DNA of 64,000 nucleotides from Nitrospirota bacterium. GTDB taxonomy: Bacteria > Nitrospirota > JACRHJ01. This document shows, one piece after another, positions 11,342 to 23,593 of this stretch; the first letter of the stretch is position 1, and the number at the start of each line of letters is the position of its first letter. The DNA is taken from positions 1 through 64,000 of the forward strand of contig CAWJRJ010000002.1 in NCBI GenBank assembly GCA_963845245.1. The letters run 5' to 3'. A program made the position numbers and the translations under genes. A model generated the notes under the pieces. The model worked only from the letters and a program-made list of their open reading frames with translations, was not told the origin of the DNA and searched no databases.

Positions 11342-14129
11342 TCAGAACGCCTGCCCGATTGTAAAATGAAGCATGCCCCTTGATTCGCCGGGAAGCGGCT
11401 TCAGCTTGAAGCCGTAATCAAGCCTCAATCGGCCCGACCGGGGTATCGTACCTAAGCCCGCCACCGGCACCGTATCTGAAACCGTTGGTACCTAATGACC
11501 GGAGGCCGCTGCTTTGCTCGTAAGACTTTCGCCCCCGTTATGGGGTCGGTACGTTTGGTGATCATTATATTTTTGTTCAGCAACCAGGCATTCCCGGCAT
11601 CCAGGAACGTTACCAACCCAAAACCAAAAGGCAGGGGGAAACCTGATTTCCGTATTGAAGAGCGCCATGGAGTCACCACCCGTGGGGGTGCCGTCTTTGG
11701 CTATGGGGGCAACGCTTTCAAAATTGTATCCCCGTATGCTTGAGGCGCCTCCAAGGAAAAAACGTTCGCTTATCGGGATGTCAAATTTATCCTGGAACCA
11801 ACCTTCTATACCTCCCCTGGCTGAAAAGGCAAAGATGATGTCCTTGTAAACTGGCAGATACCACCCGCCTTGCAAAGTGACCTTTCCAAAATCGGACAGT
11901 GGACCCGACATATCTGGATGCAATTTTAACTATACCTGCATAGACCGAGCCTTTGGTCGGATTCAATGGGTTGTCTCTATAATCGAATATGGCAGACGGG
12001 TTTATGCTGGCGATGTTTGATTTATTCTTGTCCTCAGGTGCAAGCACCGCGCCGGGCCTTATGGTGCCGAGTTTGATCCTCTCGTACTGGTACAACAATG
12101 AGGTGGTTATATGGTCCCCGAACGACTTGTCAAAACCCGTATTGGCTATAAAATCTATTATATGGTAGTTTGGCTTCTGGGCGTCGAGGTACACAAGCCC
12201 TGAATGGAAATCGAGCTTTTTGCCCATAAACCACGGCCACCTGTAGGTAATCAGGGCCTTCGACTCCTTGGTGCTGGCCTCGGCCCTTGCGGTGATCCTG
12301 TGACCAAGTCCAAACAGGTTCCTGTAAGAAACTTCGGCGGAACCCCTGAACTTGTCCCAGTCGCCATAACCCACTCCGAACTCGACTGCGCCGGCGTCCC
12401 TTTCTTTGACCGAAACCAGCAGGTCCTGGACAGGCTCACCTTTTTGTTGCTCCAACGGCTGCATACGGACCTGGCTGAAGAAGCCCAGTTTGTATATCTT
12501 CTGCTGGCTCTTCAATATTTTTTCATAATCAAGGGGCTCTCCTGATTTTACTGCAAGCTCCCTGAGTATCACCTCGTCTTTGGTGTCCTCGTTGCCCCGA
12601 AGTATGATCTTGCCGATTTCAACCTTCCCGTTTTCTTTTATGTTGTACGCCAGGTCGACGGAACCGCCGTCTTCTGAAAACTTTTTATCGATATCGACGG
12701 CTGCATTTATAAAACCCTGCTGTGAATAAAGGTTGAGTATGCTGTTTTCGTCCTCTTTCAGCTGCAGCGGGTTGAATGGCGTCCCGGCCTTAAGTTTCAG
12801 TTCTTTGAGGATCGTGTCTTTTTTTATTCCTATCCCGTCGTTTATTGAAACGCTCGATACGACAGTCTTTATGCCTTCGGTGATATTTATTTTAAGGTAA
12901 GCCGTCCTGCTGTCGCTGCTGAACTTTACGTCGCTCTCCACGCCGGCCTTTAGGTAGCCTTTCGTCTCATAATATGACTTTATCTTTTCCACGTCGCGGT
13001 CTACTGTCTCTTTGATTATATAGCGGGACTTAAAAAAGGACGACTCCCTTGATTCAAGCAAACCCTTGATCTGCTCAGTGCTGAACTCCTTGTTGCCGCT
13101 AATCTCGACCTTCTCTAGCTTAGCTCTTTGCCCCTCGTTTATAATGAAATTAACCGCAACAACCGGCGGAGTTACCGACTGTTCTGTCCTTGATGTAACC
13201 GTGGAGAAGTAATATCCTTCATTTTTCAGGTATTCGTTTATCTTGTCGCGGTTCTCTGAGACACTCTCGTCGCTTACGTCCTTGTCCTCCCAGAATGTCA
13301 GTATCTTTCTGAGATTTTTGTCCGATACGGACTTATTGCCGGTAAACACCACCTCTAGCCTGGGCCCGGCCTGGATGTTGAAGTCCAGTCCGACTTTCCC
13401 GTCCGCCATTGCAGTCTCGGCTGTCTTTATCTCTATCTTGACGTAATCCTTCTTGACGTAGTACTCGGTCAGTGCGGTCACGGATTTTTCGAGGGTATCT
13501 TTAGACAGGATATCGCCAACAGAGAGCTTCGCTTTCTTTATAAGTTCGTCCTGCGGGAAGACAGGGGTACCGGAGATAGTGACCGTGGCTATCCTGACGG
13601 GAAGGCCTTCGTTTATTTTAACCAAGACCTCAGCCAGAAGGCTGTCCTTTTTTTGCGGCACGATATCGACGGTTGCCTTCCTGAACCCCTCCTCCTGATA
13701 GAGCTTTAATATCCCTTCGCGGGATTTCTTTATAAGAGCGGGGTCGACAAAGTCACCTTCCTTGAAGACCAGCCTCGGCATTATCTTTTTTTTGCTCACC
13801 TCACTGTTACCCTTAAGCCTTATCTTTGATATTCTAAGCTTCGGTTTAAGGTGAAAAGTTATTTCAACGCCGGCACCGGTATCCCTGCCTTCCACGGATA
13901 TATCATCAAACGACCCCTTCAGGTAAAGAAGTTTTATGGCGTCCCTGACCTTGCGAGGCGAGTAGATATCGCCCTTTTTTATTCCGGCAAGTTCGCGGAC
14001 TCCCCCTGGAAGCTCGCCGGGGTAGTCGAACTGGACTTCGGATACAAGCTTTTCATTAGCGGCGGCGCGGCACTCGGCCAAGGGCGGCAGCAATAACAGT
14101 ATTACTAACACGAGCAGGAATTTTTTCAT
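11342..14129 (-). CDS. Omp85-family outer-membrane assembly protein (BamA/TamA-like, multiple POTRA); several frameshifts in the barrel
   Basis: Repeated POTRA motifs (GN...D..LR), ERFFLGG..SIRGY, FLDAGN, and C-terminal HFTIGQAF* at 11342. Confidence 0.9.
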
Positions 14130-17100
14130 TTGAACTCGAACCTGAATTTAAAGTCAGCCCCATAATGGCCCAGCTCATCACGTTCAGCCACAGCGGAGAA
14201 ATTTTTATTGAATATATACTCTAACCTCACAAACTGGTCTTCCGAGGTGCCGAGGTTCGACGAGTACGTGAGGTACAGCTTGTCGGAGAAAAGGCTCTTC
14301 CCGATTGTCAGCCTGGGCCCGCTGGATGTGCCGGAGCTGGTCATGTAGGGGTCTATCTGGAACCTGTCGAAACCCGTGATCTTCCTGAGCCTGCTCTCGA
14401 CCGCATCCTGTATCTGGCCTGTGACGAAAGAGGTAGCTTCACCCGTTGTGACCACCGCCTCGTGGCCCTTCAATCCCTCAGACGTCCTGCCGAGCGTAAG
14501 GAGAGATATTATATCCTCGTCCTCCAATGGGGGGTCGGAAGAAAGCGAGACCTTTATCTTGTCCACGGTCCCGGATAGGCTAAGCGATATAAGGTATTCC
14601 TTTACCTTTGTCTCGGCCTGGAGGTCCACCATCGGGTTTATCTTGCGCGGGTCGACGAACTCAGCCACGCCGTTCACCAACTTGAATTCGTTGTTCCTGA
14701 AGTACACCACGCCGCCGTTTGACTCGAGCCTGCCCACGACCGACGGGGAATCCACAGTGCCTCTCAGGTAAAGGTCGGCAGAGACTGGTACCTTAGCCAC
14801 GTTGTTGTCTATCCTGATGGTCTCCTGGGCGGTCACGTGCACATTCAAGGAAGTATCGCCAAGAGGGGCCGGGCCTTTTACAGCGGCCGCGGCTTCAGGT
14901 TTTTTACGCTGCAGCTTCACCAGCCAGCTCTTCCAGTCGATCCTCTCGGCATACCTGGCCTTCCTTACCGTCACGTCCCCGCTTATGGACCTGCTGTTCC
15001 CGACACCTTCCAGGTTAAGGTCGGCGTCGACGGTGGAGGACACGCCTTCGGGATATTTGAGCTTTACGCCGTCGGCGTTAACCCCTACCGTAAAATTATC
15101 CAGCACAAAACCCTTGAAGCCGCCCTTGCCTTTGGCACTTATTATCCCGCCGCCCAGGTCGCCGTCCAGCCTGGTTATATTGAAGTTGCTGCCGTCCAGC
15201 TTTATTTCCGCGTTGATCTTGTCCAGCCGCTGCTGGAAATCCTTTAGCTTGATCCCGGCGTCCGACACCTTTACCCGGCCTGTTATGGTAGGAGCCTCAA
15301 GTTCTCCTTTTAGCCGCAGGTCAGCCTGGGCGTTGCCTTCCAGGTAATCCACGCTGTCTTTCACAAAGGATTTCAAGGGACCAAGCGCGGTCGAGACCTT
15401 CAAGGAGGCGTCTATCTGCTCAAGCCCCTCAGCGCCGCCACTCATCTCAAGGGAGATGGCGTCCCCTTTAAGCCTGAGAGATTTTATGCCAAGTCGCCCG
15501 TCCTTGTACGAAAGCGCTATGTCGCCGGAGTTTTCAAGCTTCCTGCCCATTATGGATGCAGACACCTCGGAGAACTCGACCGACAGGCTCGTCTTCGCCG
15601 GCTCGTTGATCGTGCCTTCGCCAGTAAACACACCAGTGGACAAGAATGTAACGTCTTCAGGCAGGTCTTTGTACGCAAGTTTCAGGAACGGCTCGAAACG
15701 TCCCTTGTCAAAGCTTAACCTGCCCCTCCACCGGTAAGGCCTGGACAGACCGAGGAACCCGTCGACCACGACTTTCTTGTCAAGTATGGCACCGCTCAGC
15801 GTCAATACATCGTCCTTTATCCGGGCCGCGATGCTGCTCCCCCCCATGTCGACGTCTTTCAGATAAAGACGGTTGGAGTTGAGGTTTGCGGTTATTGACG
15901 GGTGGCTGAAGCTTCCGTCTCCCGTGACCGCGATAGACATCGCACCCCTGATCGGCAGGCCGGTGTTCATAAGCAGGCTGAAGTTAGCCAGGTCAAACCT
16001 GGCGGATGACGCCTTGCCGTAAAAGGTCCCGTCAAAATTTATACCGCCCGATGCGGTGATGATATCCTTCCCCTTGACGGCAGCCACCTTTGGGAACGTT
16101 ATGCTCTTCTCGCTTAATACCGCCGTTACCTCGCCCTTGTCGAGAGGTTGTCCGTAGACGTCGCCAGCCCCGGTCGAAAGCCGCGCCTCTCCGTGGAATT
16201 TTTCAAGGTTGCCGTTAAACTCGATCTCGCCATCCGCCATAAGGTTTACTGGGATGTCCTCATAGAATATGGCCGTGATCTTCCTTGCGGAGCCGTTATG
16301 CACGCCGAGTTTTGCGATGAAATACGGATTCTTGAAACTTGCGTCCTTGCCCTTGAACATAATCTTCCCGTTCAGCAGATAGCTGGAGCGGTCCTGCGTA
16401 ATCATAAAGTCGCTGAATGAGAGCTGCCAGCCTGAAAGCTTCACGTCACCGTACGCGCCACTGAACGGTATGCCGTGCGCCACCGCGTCATATATGCGGG
16501 CCTTGCCTATAATCTCCGGTTCGATTATATTGCCCCTGACATAACCTGCAGCCTCAAGGCTGCCGGTTATGTCTGAGTACCCGATCATCGTCGATATCTC
16601 GCTTATGTTCTTTGAGCCGCCTTTGAGCGTCAGGTCACACTTGCCGTCTATTCCTACCGTACCGGATAAGTTCACTGCTGAATACTTTGAGGCCACCACA
16701 CATTTATTTACATTGATTACACGGTCCCTGTAGAGGAAATCGACCCTTACGTCCTTGATTACGGAGAGGTCAACATCCGCATGGGGTGAGGAATGCGGGG
16801 TCTCATATTTGGCGACGTCAACCCAGCCAGAAGCCGACAGACCTGCAAACTTGAGTCCGCTGCCCTGTATATCCACATTGCCTGACACCTTCTGCCAGGG
16901 TATGAATGACAGGCTCTTATTGCCTTCGGTGTAGTAGCCGCTGATTATGTCGTTTAACTTGAGCGTTGACCGATAGGTTATTTCCTTCCCCAGGTTTGCG
17001 GTGAGGTTGCCGGTGAAACGTCCCCCCAGAAGCCTGCCCTGTATTTCAGGCAGTATGAGCGAACCGTTCTCAAACTTCATTTTTGTGGACAGGTCGTCTA

Positions 17101-18025
17101 ATTTAAGGCCTGCATATTCCGCCTTCCGTACCGTCAGGCTGCCGTCGCCTTTCAGGTCGGGATAGCGGCCCTTGACATCGCCCGTGAGTTCGGCTTCGCC
17201 AGATGGGCCGGATTTAATCAATGCCAGCCTGTCCAGCAGGGCGAGGTCCAGTTTCGCCTTGACCTTCAGGTCAACAGTAGGGTTTTTGGACCATAAGACC
17301 TTTCCCGATGCATTTATCCTGGTCCCTTCGGACTCAAGCTTTACGGTGTCGATCCTGGCAGTATCGTCCTTCCAGGTTATATCGCCGCCAAGACCGATGT
17401 GGAATGGGGGAAAGTCCGTACGTTTAAGCAGGGATTCTTTCATGGAAAAACCCGCCCTGTACTCTCCCCTGCCCCTGAGGCGAAAATCAAGGCCGGCGGT
17501 TGCCGTGCTGAAATATACACCAGCCGCTTTGTCTGAATAGCTGAAGATACCGTCCAGTACGATCAGCTCCTTCACCTCAGTGCCACGCGCACCTTTTACG
17601 GCCGGCTTACGTTTTTCTTCTGAGAGTTCTTTTATCTTTTTGACAAGTTCGTCTATATTGTAACTGCCGTCCAGGTTTTTTATAATATCCAGAGACGGCG
17701 TGTAAACCCGCAGCCGCGTAATGGTGATGCGGCGTTCGATAAGGGCCCCGAGGCTTATGTACACCCTGACTTTCTCGGCAGAGACCGCCGCGCCCGGCTT
17801 TGCGCTGTCCCACCCTTTGATGTAGGGTTTGTAGAGGTCCGCATACGCCGGGAACAGGTTGAAGACGAGCCTGTCCATCCCCACCTCGTACCCGAGTTTC
17901 TGTCTGGCCTCGGCAACAACCCGCTCCTTGACCATGCCGGAGAAATAGCTTCCTCTGGTAAATATATTTATTCCCGCCAGAAGTACTGTTATGGCGAGGA
18001 CTATCAGTATAAGCCTTCTCTTCAC
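14126..18025 (-). CDS. tamB: TamB/AsmA-like translocation and assembly module protein
   Basis: 1299 aa; N-terminal TM anchor, beta-rich body, DUF490-like end (LSSDPPL, LTIGKSL, DFKFRFEF); adjacent to Omp85. Confidence 0.88.
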   Translation of the reverse strand: MKRRLILIVLAITVLLAGINIFTRGSYFSGMVKERVVAEARQKLGYEVGMDRLVFNLFPAYADLYKPYIKGWDSAKPGAAVSAEKVRVYISLGALIERRITITRLRVYTPSLDIIKNLDGSYNIDELVKKIKELSEEKRKPAVKGARGTEVKELIVLDGIFSYSDKAAGVYFSTATAGLDFRLRGRGEYRAGFSMKESLLKRTDFPPFHIGLGGDITWKDDTARIDTVKLESEGTRINASGKVLWSKNPTVDLKVKAKLDLALLDRLALIKSGPSGEAELTGDVKGRYPDLKGDGSLTVRKAEYAGLKLDDLSTKMKFENGSLILPEIQGRLLGGRFTGNLTANLGKEITYRSTLKLNDIISGYYTEGNKSLSFIPWQKVSGNVDIQGSGLKFAGLSASGWVDVAKYETPHSSPHADVDLSVIKDVRVDFLYRDRVINVNKCVVASKYSAVNLSGTVGIDGKCDLTLKGGSKNISEISTMIGYSDITGSLEAAGYVRGNIIEPEIIGKARIYDAVAHGIPFSGAYGDVKLSGWQLSFSDFMITQDRSSYLLNGKIMFKGKDASFKNPYFIAKLGVHNGSARKITAIFYEDIPVNLMADGEIEFNGNLEKFHGEARLSTGAGDVYGQPLDKGEVTAVLSEKSITFPKVAAVKGKDIITASGGINFDGTFYGKASSARFDLANFSLLMNTGLPIRGAMSIAVTGDGSFSHPSITANLNSNRLYLKDVDMGGSSIAARIKDDVLTLSGAILDKKVVVDGFLGLSRPYRWRGRLSFDKGRFEPFLKLAYKDLPEDVTFLSTGVFTGEGTINEPAKTSLSVEFSEVSASIMGRKLENSGDIALSYKDGRLGIKSLRLKGDAISLEMSGGAEGLEQIDASLKVSTALGPLKSFVKDSVDYLEGNAQADLRLKGELEAPTITGRVKVSDAGIKLKDFQQRLDKINAEIKLDGSNFNITRLDGDLGGGIISAKGKGGFKGFVLDNFTVGVNADGVKLKYPEGVSSTVDADLNLEGVGNSRSISGDVTVRKARYAERIDWKSWLVKLQRKKPEAAAAVKGPAPLGDTSLNVHVTAQETIRIDNNVAKVPVSADLYLRGTVDSPSVVGRLESNGGVVYFRNNEFKLVNGVAEFVDPRKINPMVDLQAETKVKEYLISLSLSGTVDKIKVSLSSDPPLEDEDIISLLTLGRTSEGLKGHEAVVTTGEATSFVTGQIQDAVESRLRKITGFDRFQIDPYMTSSGTSSGPRLTIGKSLFSDKLYLTYSSNLGTSEDQFVRLEYIFNKNFSAVAERDELGHYGADFKFRFEFK

Positions 18026-20674
18026 TTATCGCTCGTAACCGCCGCCAGTATGGCAGCCGCAATCGCCTCTATGCGTTCTTTGTCTTCTATTTTCTGCCTG
18101 AATATATCCGTGATATAGAACACGTCCACCACCTGGTCGACATCCGTATCCACCTTTGCCGAGGATATATAACAACCCATCCTGAAAAGCTCACGTGTGA
18201 TGTCATAGAGGAGCCCTACCCTGTCCCGCGCGTATACTTCAAAGACAGTGTAACGGTCGGACGCCTCGTTATCCACTATCACTTTCGCGGGGACATCCTT
18301 CAACGATGTCTTTCTGGGATATGCGGGCATGGAAGGGAAAGCCCTGTCAAGGCACAACTGCCCGCTCAGGAGTTTCTTCATGAAACCCTCTATATCCTCC
18401 CATGTCGCATCGTCGAACAGTGGTTGTTTATTATAATCCGTCACCTGCAGGGTATCAACAATTATACCGTCCTTGCCGGTAAAAATCTGTGCGCTCAGGA
18501 TATTCATGTTCTTTGCGGCAAGCGCCCCCGCCGCGATATGCAGGACTCCTGAGAGCTCATGCAGAATTATAGTCAGGTTCGTGTAGCCCCTGGTGTCGTC
18601 TTCGTGGTCGATTATAATCTCGCTGGACTTGAGACCTTCCGAAAGCCTGAAATGCCTGAGTATGGTTTCAGCCGGGACGGACAGCACATAGTTGGGCGGA
18701 AGGTTCTCCAGGAATTTCTTTACCTCACCGGCATCGCCAGCCTTGCCTTTCTTCGCCCTGGCTATTATTTCCTTCTTTATCCCGGCTATCCTCTCCTTCT
18801 CGCCGGCAATCGCGGAGACCTCGTCTTTGAGGAACGCCTGCGCCCTGCCGTGCAGTTCCTTAAGGAGCATCCTCTTCCAGTCGTTGAAGAGGTCCGGGCC
18901 CACGGCGGACATGTCGGCATATGTGAGGATATAGAGCATGTCCAGAAGCTCGGGGCTGTCGACTATCCGGCAGAACTTCTCAAGCACCTTGGGGTCCGAC
19001 AGCTCGCGCCTCTGCGCTATATGTGCCATGAACAGGTGGTTCCTTATAAGGAACTCCACCTTGCCCGCCTTGTCGTCGTCCATGCCCGAGCCGCTGGCAT
19101 ATCTTCACCGCGAGCCGCGCACCCTGCTCGGAGTGCCCCTTCCCAAGGGCCTTACCGGTATCGTGGAGCAACACTGCAAGGATAAGGCTCTGCCTGTCCT
19201 TCACCCTCTTGAGCGCTTCCGCAAACTCGGGATATGCCATGCCGCCTGCGTCGAACAGCTCCTGCACCTTCTTTATGGCAAGGAGCGAATGCTCGTCTAC
19301 GGTGTACTTGTGGTACATGTCGTGCTGCACCATGGCCGTCGTCGCGCCGAACTCCGGTAGGTATTTCCCAAGCACCCGCATCTTGTGCATGCTGTCAAGC
19401 GTCTCGTACAGGCCTTCCAGTTTTCCGATTATCTCAAGGAATATTCGTGCGGCCTCCTTGGAGATGCCCGTCTTCCTGTCGACCGCGGCAATGTTGTCCT
19501 TTATAGCCTCCCTGAGGTTGTCGCTCATGCTTATGCCGTCAGGACGGCTAAGCAGGAAGGCCTCAAGGATAGTCTCCGGGCGCTTGCGGAATACCTCCTC
19601 GGCGTTCCCGGTAAGGCACAACATCCGGCCCATGGAATAAAAGTGTTCGTTGATCTGCTTCTTGCCGGTCGGAAGGAAGAACCATTTCCTGCCCTGCCTT
19701 TTGTCGAGCGCCTTTTCTATCACGGCCTGTGTAATGTCCCTGACGCTTCTGGCCCGAAGGAAATACGCACGCATGAAGTTCTCGACCGCAAGCCTGTTGG
19801 GCCTGGGAGTATACCCGAAGTCCTTCGCCGCCAACTCCTGAAGCTCGAATGTAAGGACGTCCTGCCTGTGGCCTGAGAGGTAATGCAGTTCGTTCCGAAG
19901 CCTCAGCAGGTAGTTGCGGGAGGACCGCAGCCGCCTGATCTCGTTCTCTTTGACCCCGTGCTCTTTGAGGCCGGCGATTGTGCCTACGCCGTATTTGATC
20001 CTTGCGATCCACATCGCGGCATGGATGTCGCGCAGGCCGCCCGCGCCCTCTTTTATGTTGGGCTCACGGAGGTAGACGCTGTCACCGTATTTCTTGTGCC
20101 TCTTCGTGCGCTCGAGGAGTTTTTCACGTATGAACTCTTCGACCGCCTTCGGGTTGTTTACGCCCTTCATCTTTTCCTGAAAGGTATTAAAGACCTCTTT
20201 CTCGCCGCAGATGAGCCTCGACTCAAGGAGCGAGGTCATGATGGTGAAGTCGTTCTTCGCAAGGGAGCAGCAGTCGGACGGGGTCCTCACGCTGTAGCCG
20301 ATATTGAACCCCATGTCCCACAGCAGGTGAAGCGCCTTCGTAGGGAGTACGTTCTCTTTCTCCAGCGAGCCGTCCCTGCCGATGAACATTATGTCAATGT
20401 CGGAATAGGGGTTCAGCTCGCCGCGCCCGTACCCGCCGATGGCCGCAAGGCCCCACCCGGATTTCCTGGGAATCACACCCAGGTCGGCGCAGACCTTCTC
20501 GAAGGCCGACCTTATGGAGCCGTCGGTATGGGCGGTGACGGCCTTCACGACCTCCATGCCGCCCGCACCTGAGAAATGCATCTCCTTTATCACCAGGGAG
20601 CCTTCGGCATATTCGTCTTTAATACGCTGGAGCCATTCCTTGCCAGTTGCGTTACCAGTGGAACCGTTTATCAC
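18022..20674 (-). CDS. glnD: [Protein-PII] uridylyltransferase (frameshift near 19086)
   Basis: GGYGRGELNPYSDID, EPNIKEGAGGLRD, HKYTVDEH, LLHDTGK, then two ACT domains (DRVGLL). Confidence 0.95.
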
Positions 20675-20692
20675 GTGCCTGCCTTTTAAAAG

Positions 20693-20722
20693 GAAAAAGA
20701 GGGTTTTGTCTCCCTCTTTTCC
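20693..20722. terminator. Hairpin/terminator-like inverted repeat
   Basis: GGAAAAAGAGGG-ttttgtct-CCCTCTTTTCC between the DUF1844-like gene and glnD. Confidence 0.4.
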
Positions 20723-20758
20723 GCGATAAATATATTAGCTAGTGACCGGGCTTCCCAT

Positions 20759-21151
20759 TCAGGGTCTCTTACCTGATGATTCCATCACGTATCTCATCTT
20801 CAGGTTGTAGAGGATGTTGTCGAGCATGTCGAGTTCTTCTTTATCCAGGTTGCCGCTGGTCTTCACCTTCAGGAGGTCCAGCAGGTCTATCATCTGCTTG
20901 GCGGCATCGAGGTTCTTCATGCCGTCCGGCTGGTCTGGAGAAAGCTTCTCGCCAAAGTGCATAAGGGCAGTGGCGGCAAGGGAGCTTATGAAGGCTATGA
21001 AGTCGATGGACTGCATTTCGCCCGGCTCTTCAATGGTCCTTACTTTTTCTTCTACATTCGCTGCACCAGCAGCGCCTGCTTCCGGCTCGCCGCCTTCGGC
21101 GTTCGCCTTCCTGCGGTCGTTCACTTCAAAACCCTTCTCTTCAGACATCAT
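20759..21151 (-). CDS. DUF1844-like protein
   Basis: 'IDFIAFISSLA..ALMHFG...NLDAAKQMIDLL..L..KTSGNL...E...L...LY.L.M.YV' pattern. Confidence 0.8.
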   Translation of the reverse strand: MMSEEKGFEVNDRRKANAEGGEPEAGAAGAANVEEKVRTIEEPGEMQSIDFIAFISSLAATALMHFGEKLSPDQPDGMKNLDAAKQMIDLLDLLKVKTSGNLDKEELDMLDNILYNLKMRYVMESSGKRP

Positions 21152-21160
21152 TCCTCCTCG

Positions 21161-22895
21161 TTAGGCCGGGAACTCAATCTTCGCCCACCAGGCCGGGTCT
21201 ATATCCACGAATAAATCGTCTCTTTCCTTGGCGATGCCCAGGAACTCCCACTCGCCCTTGGCGACATTCTCGCCGCGCCCGTACTTCTTCGCCATCTCGG
21301 CAAGCCTCTTGAACACGGCGACGTGCTCCGTGAACCGCATCTCCGCATAGTCCTTCGCGCTGATGGTGGTAATCAGGAACTGCCAGTCGGAACTCTGGAG
21401 CAGCAGCAGCTCGCGTGCAGCCTGCTTCAGGATGTCCAGCAGCTTCTCGTCCTTCGTGTCTGCGTACTCGCGGGCAAGTCCGACCATCAGGGCCTCGCAC
21501 TCATACACGTGCTTCCAGGTCCAGGCCGTCCATTCGTTCATCCAGATGTAATGGAAACCGCCCTCGCCCCATGAGCCCTCGGGCAGCGACACGAGCGTGC
21601 GTTCGCGGTTGTTCTTCAGGTATTCGGAGCCGGTGGTCAGTGCAAGCTCGGGGTCGGTCGCGATTCCCTTGATTACGTGGTAGAGCCATTCCGGCCCCTC
21701 GAACCACCAGTGTCCGAAAAGCTCCGCATCGTAGGGCGATGTAAGGAGGCCCGCCCTGCCGCTTTCCTTCTGGTGTGCCTTCAGCGTCTCCTTTACCAGA
21801 CCGACGAAGTGGTGCGCCTGCTCCGGGACATACTTGGCCGCCTCGGCGGGGTTGTACTCGCCCTTCTCCGCGAGGTCGGCCTTGGTGTCCGTCACGCGCC
21901 AGTAGCGAAGGCCGCCGGGGAAGCGTTTCTTGTGGAAGTCGAGGTACTGCGGGTTGCCGGGGTATCCGTGCTCGCCGCTCCATACCTGTATCCCGGTCTT
22001 GGGGTCGCGCGCAAGTATTGCGACCGGCTTCTTGCCCTTCTTGGTGCCGACTGCGAATATGTCGTAAGGAGACTTTGTGTGGTCTATCGGCCTCGGCTTG
22101 TAGCTGTCGGAGAACCCGGCCCAGAGCTTGCCCAGGGCCTCGAACCGCTCAAGGTATACGCCGATGGCCTTGCCGCCCTCAAGCAGGTGCGAGTCAACGA
22201 TGAAGTACTCTATGCCGTTCTCGCTCAGGAACTCCTCGACGCCCTTGCGGTCGTACGGGGCAAGCCCGCTTCCCTCGACGGGCGGCGTCCATTTGTAGGC
22301 CGGCCTGTACGCGCATTCAGGCAGCCAGATGCCCTTGGGGCGTCTGCCGTATATGCGCTTGTATGCGGTGACGGCCTGCTTCACCTGCGCCTGCACGCTC
22401 TCGTCGCGCGACAGCAGCGGGAAGTAGCCGTGTGTCGCGCCGCAGGTTATTATCTCGATATGCCCGGCCCTCTGGAGCCTTGCGAACTCCTTGAATCAGG
22501 TCTTCCTTGTACTTCTCGGTGAAGGACAGATATATCCCGGTATAGAACTCGTCCCACATCTGCGCGATCTTGGCCATCTTCGGCTGCTTGGTCTTCTTGA
22601 ATTCCACCATGTCGGCCTGGGCCGCCGCTATCTTTACCTCAAGGTAGCCCTTGAACTCGTCCTTGAAAGACTCGGCCCGAAGCATCTCGGTGAGCACCGG
22701 GGTGATACCGAGGGTTATCTTGGGGGATATGCCCTCCGCGACAAGCCTCTCGATTACCTCAAGGATGGGGATGTAGGTCTCTGCGGCGGCCTCGTTCAGC
22801 CAGTCGGTGCCGTGCGGCCACCTGCCGTGCGAGATTACATACGGGAGGTGCGAGTGCAGTACGAAGGTGAAGCTCCCAACAGGTTTCTTGGCCAT
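21161..22895 (-). CDS. GH57 1,4-alpha-glucan branching enzyme (DUF1957 type; frameshift near 22494)
   Basis: HSHLPYV, WLPECAY, YDAELFGHWWFEG, ARELLLLQSSDWQF motifs. Confidence 0.93.
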
Positions 22896-23006
22896 TTACC
22901 ACCTTTTCGTAAAAGAAATGCAAAATATTGATTTAGCATGTAATTGTGCCATAAAAAGGGGGTTTATTCAAGGGATAATTAAGAAAATTGGCGGGGATGC
23001 AGATGA

Positions 23007-23027
23007 GGTGCGCAGTGCGCACCCTAG
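23007..23027 (-). repeat. REP-like palindrome (xTAG-GGTGCGCA-c-TGCGCACC)
   Basis: Perfect 8-bp stem preceded on the minus strand by CTAG; borders an AT-rich segment. Confidence 0.4.
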
Positions 23028-23382
23028 CTTACTTAATATATCTCTATGAATTTTATTGAATCCGATAGTAGCATGCTTTTCATAATTAATAACGCAATAT
23101 ATAACGGAGGTAACATTAAAGTCTCCAAAATAGGTAATATGTAACGATCCCAATTGTCTGGCAAAACCTAAATGACATGAAGTTATTAGAGAAATAATCT
23201 CGTATTTGAAATAATATTATTTCCAATAAATGAACAGCAATGTGACCATAAGAAATAGTGCAAAATTGAATCAAAAATACAAAGATGAGCATGCAATAAT
23301 GCTTAATAACAATCATCTAAATAATCAATTACGGAAATGTTTTCAATTTCGTATTCCATGCATAATGCTCATATGATTAAAC

Positions 23383-23410
23383 AAAAAAGGCGGGCATTTC
23401 TGCCCGCCTT
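23383..23410 (-). terminator. Rho-independent terminator of the rpsB-tsf-pyrH-frr-fdx operon
   Basis: AAGGCGGGCA-TTTC-TGCCCGCCTT with a T-run on the minus strand. Confidence 0.8.
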
Positions 23411-23421
23411 AAAATTAATTC

Positions 23422-23593
23422 TCAGTCTTCCACTATCGCGCCGGAAGGGCATGTCTCCATGCATGTGGCGCATTCGATACAGGCTTCGGCGTTTATCTTG
23501 TAGCTCCCCGCCTTCGACCTTTATCGCATCGCTCGGGCAGTCCTCTTTGCAGGAGCCGCAGGCGATGCACTCGTCGGTGATTATGAATGCCAC
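23422..23593 (-). CDS. 2[4Fe-4S] ferredoxin (one extra G in a GGGG run)
   Basis: CIACGSCKEDCP. Removing one G gives SYKINAEACIECATCMETCPSGAIVED*. Confidence 0.9.
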
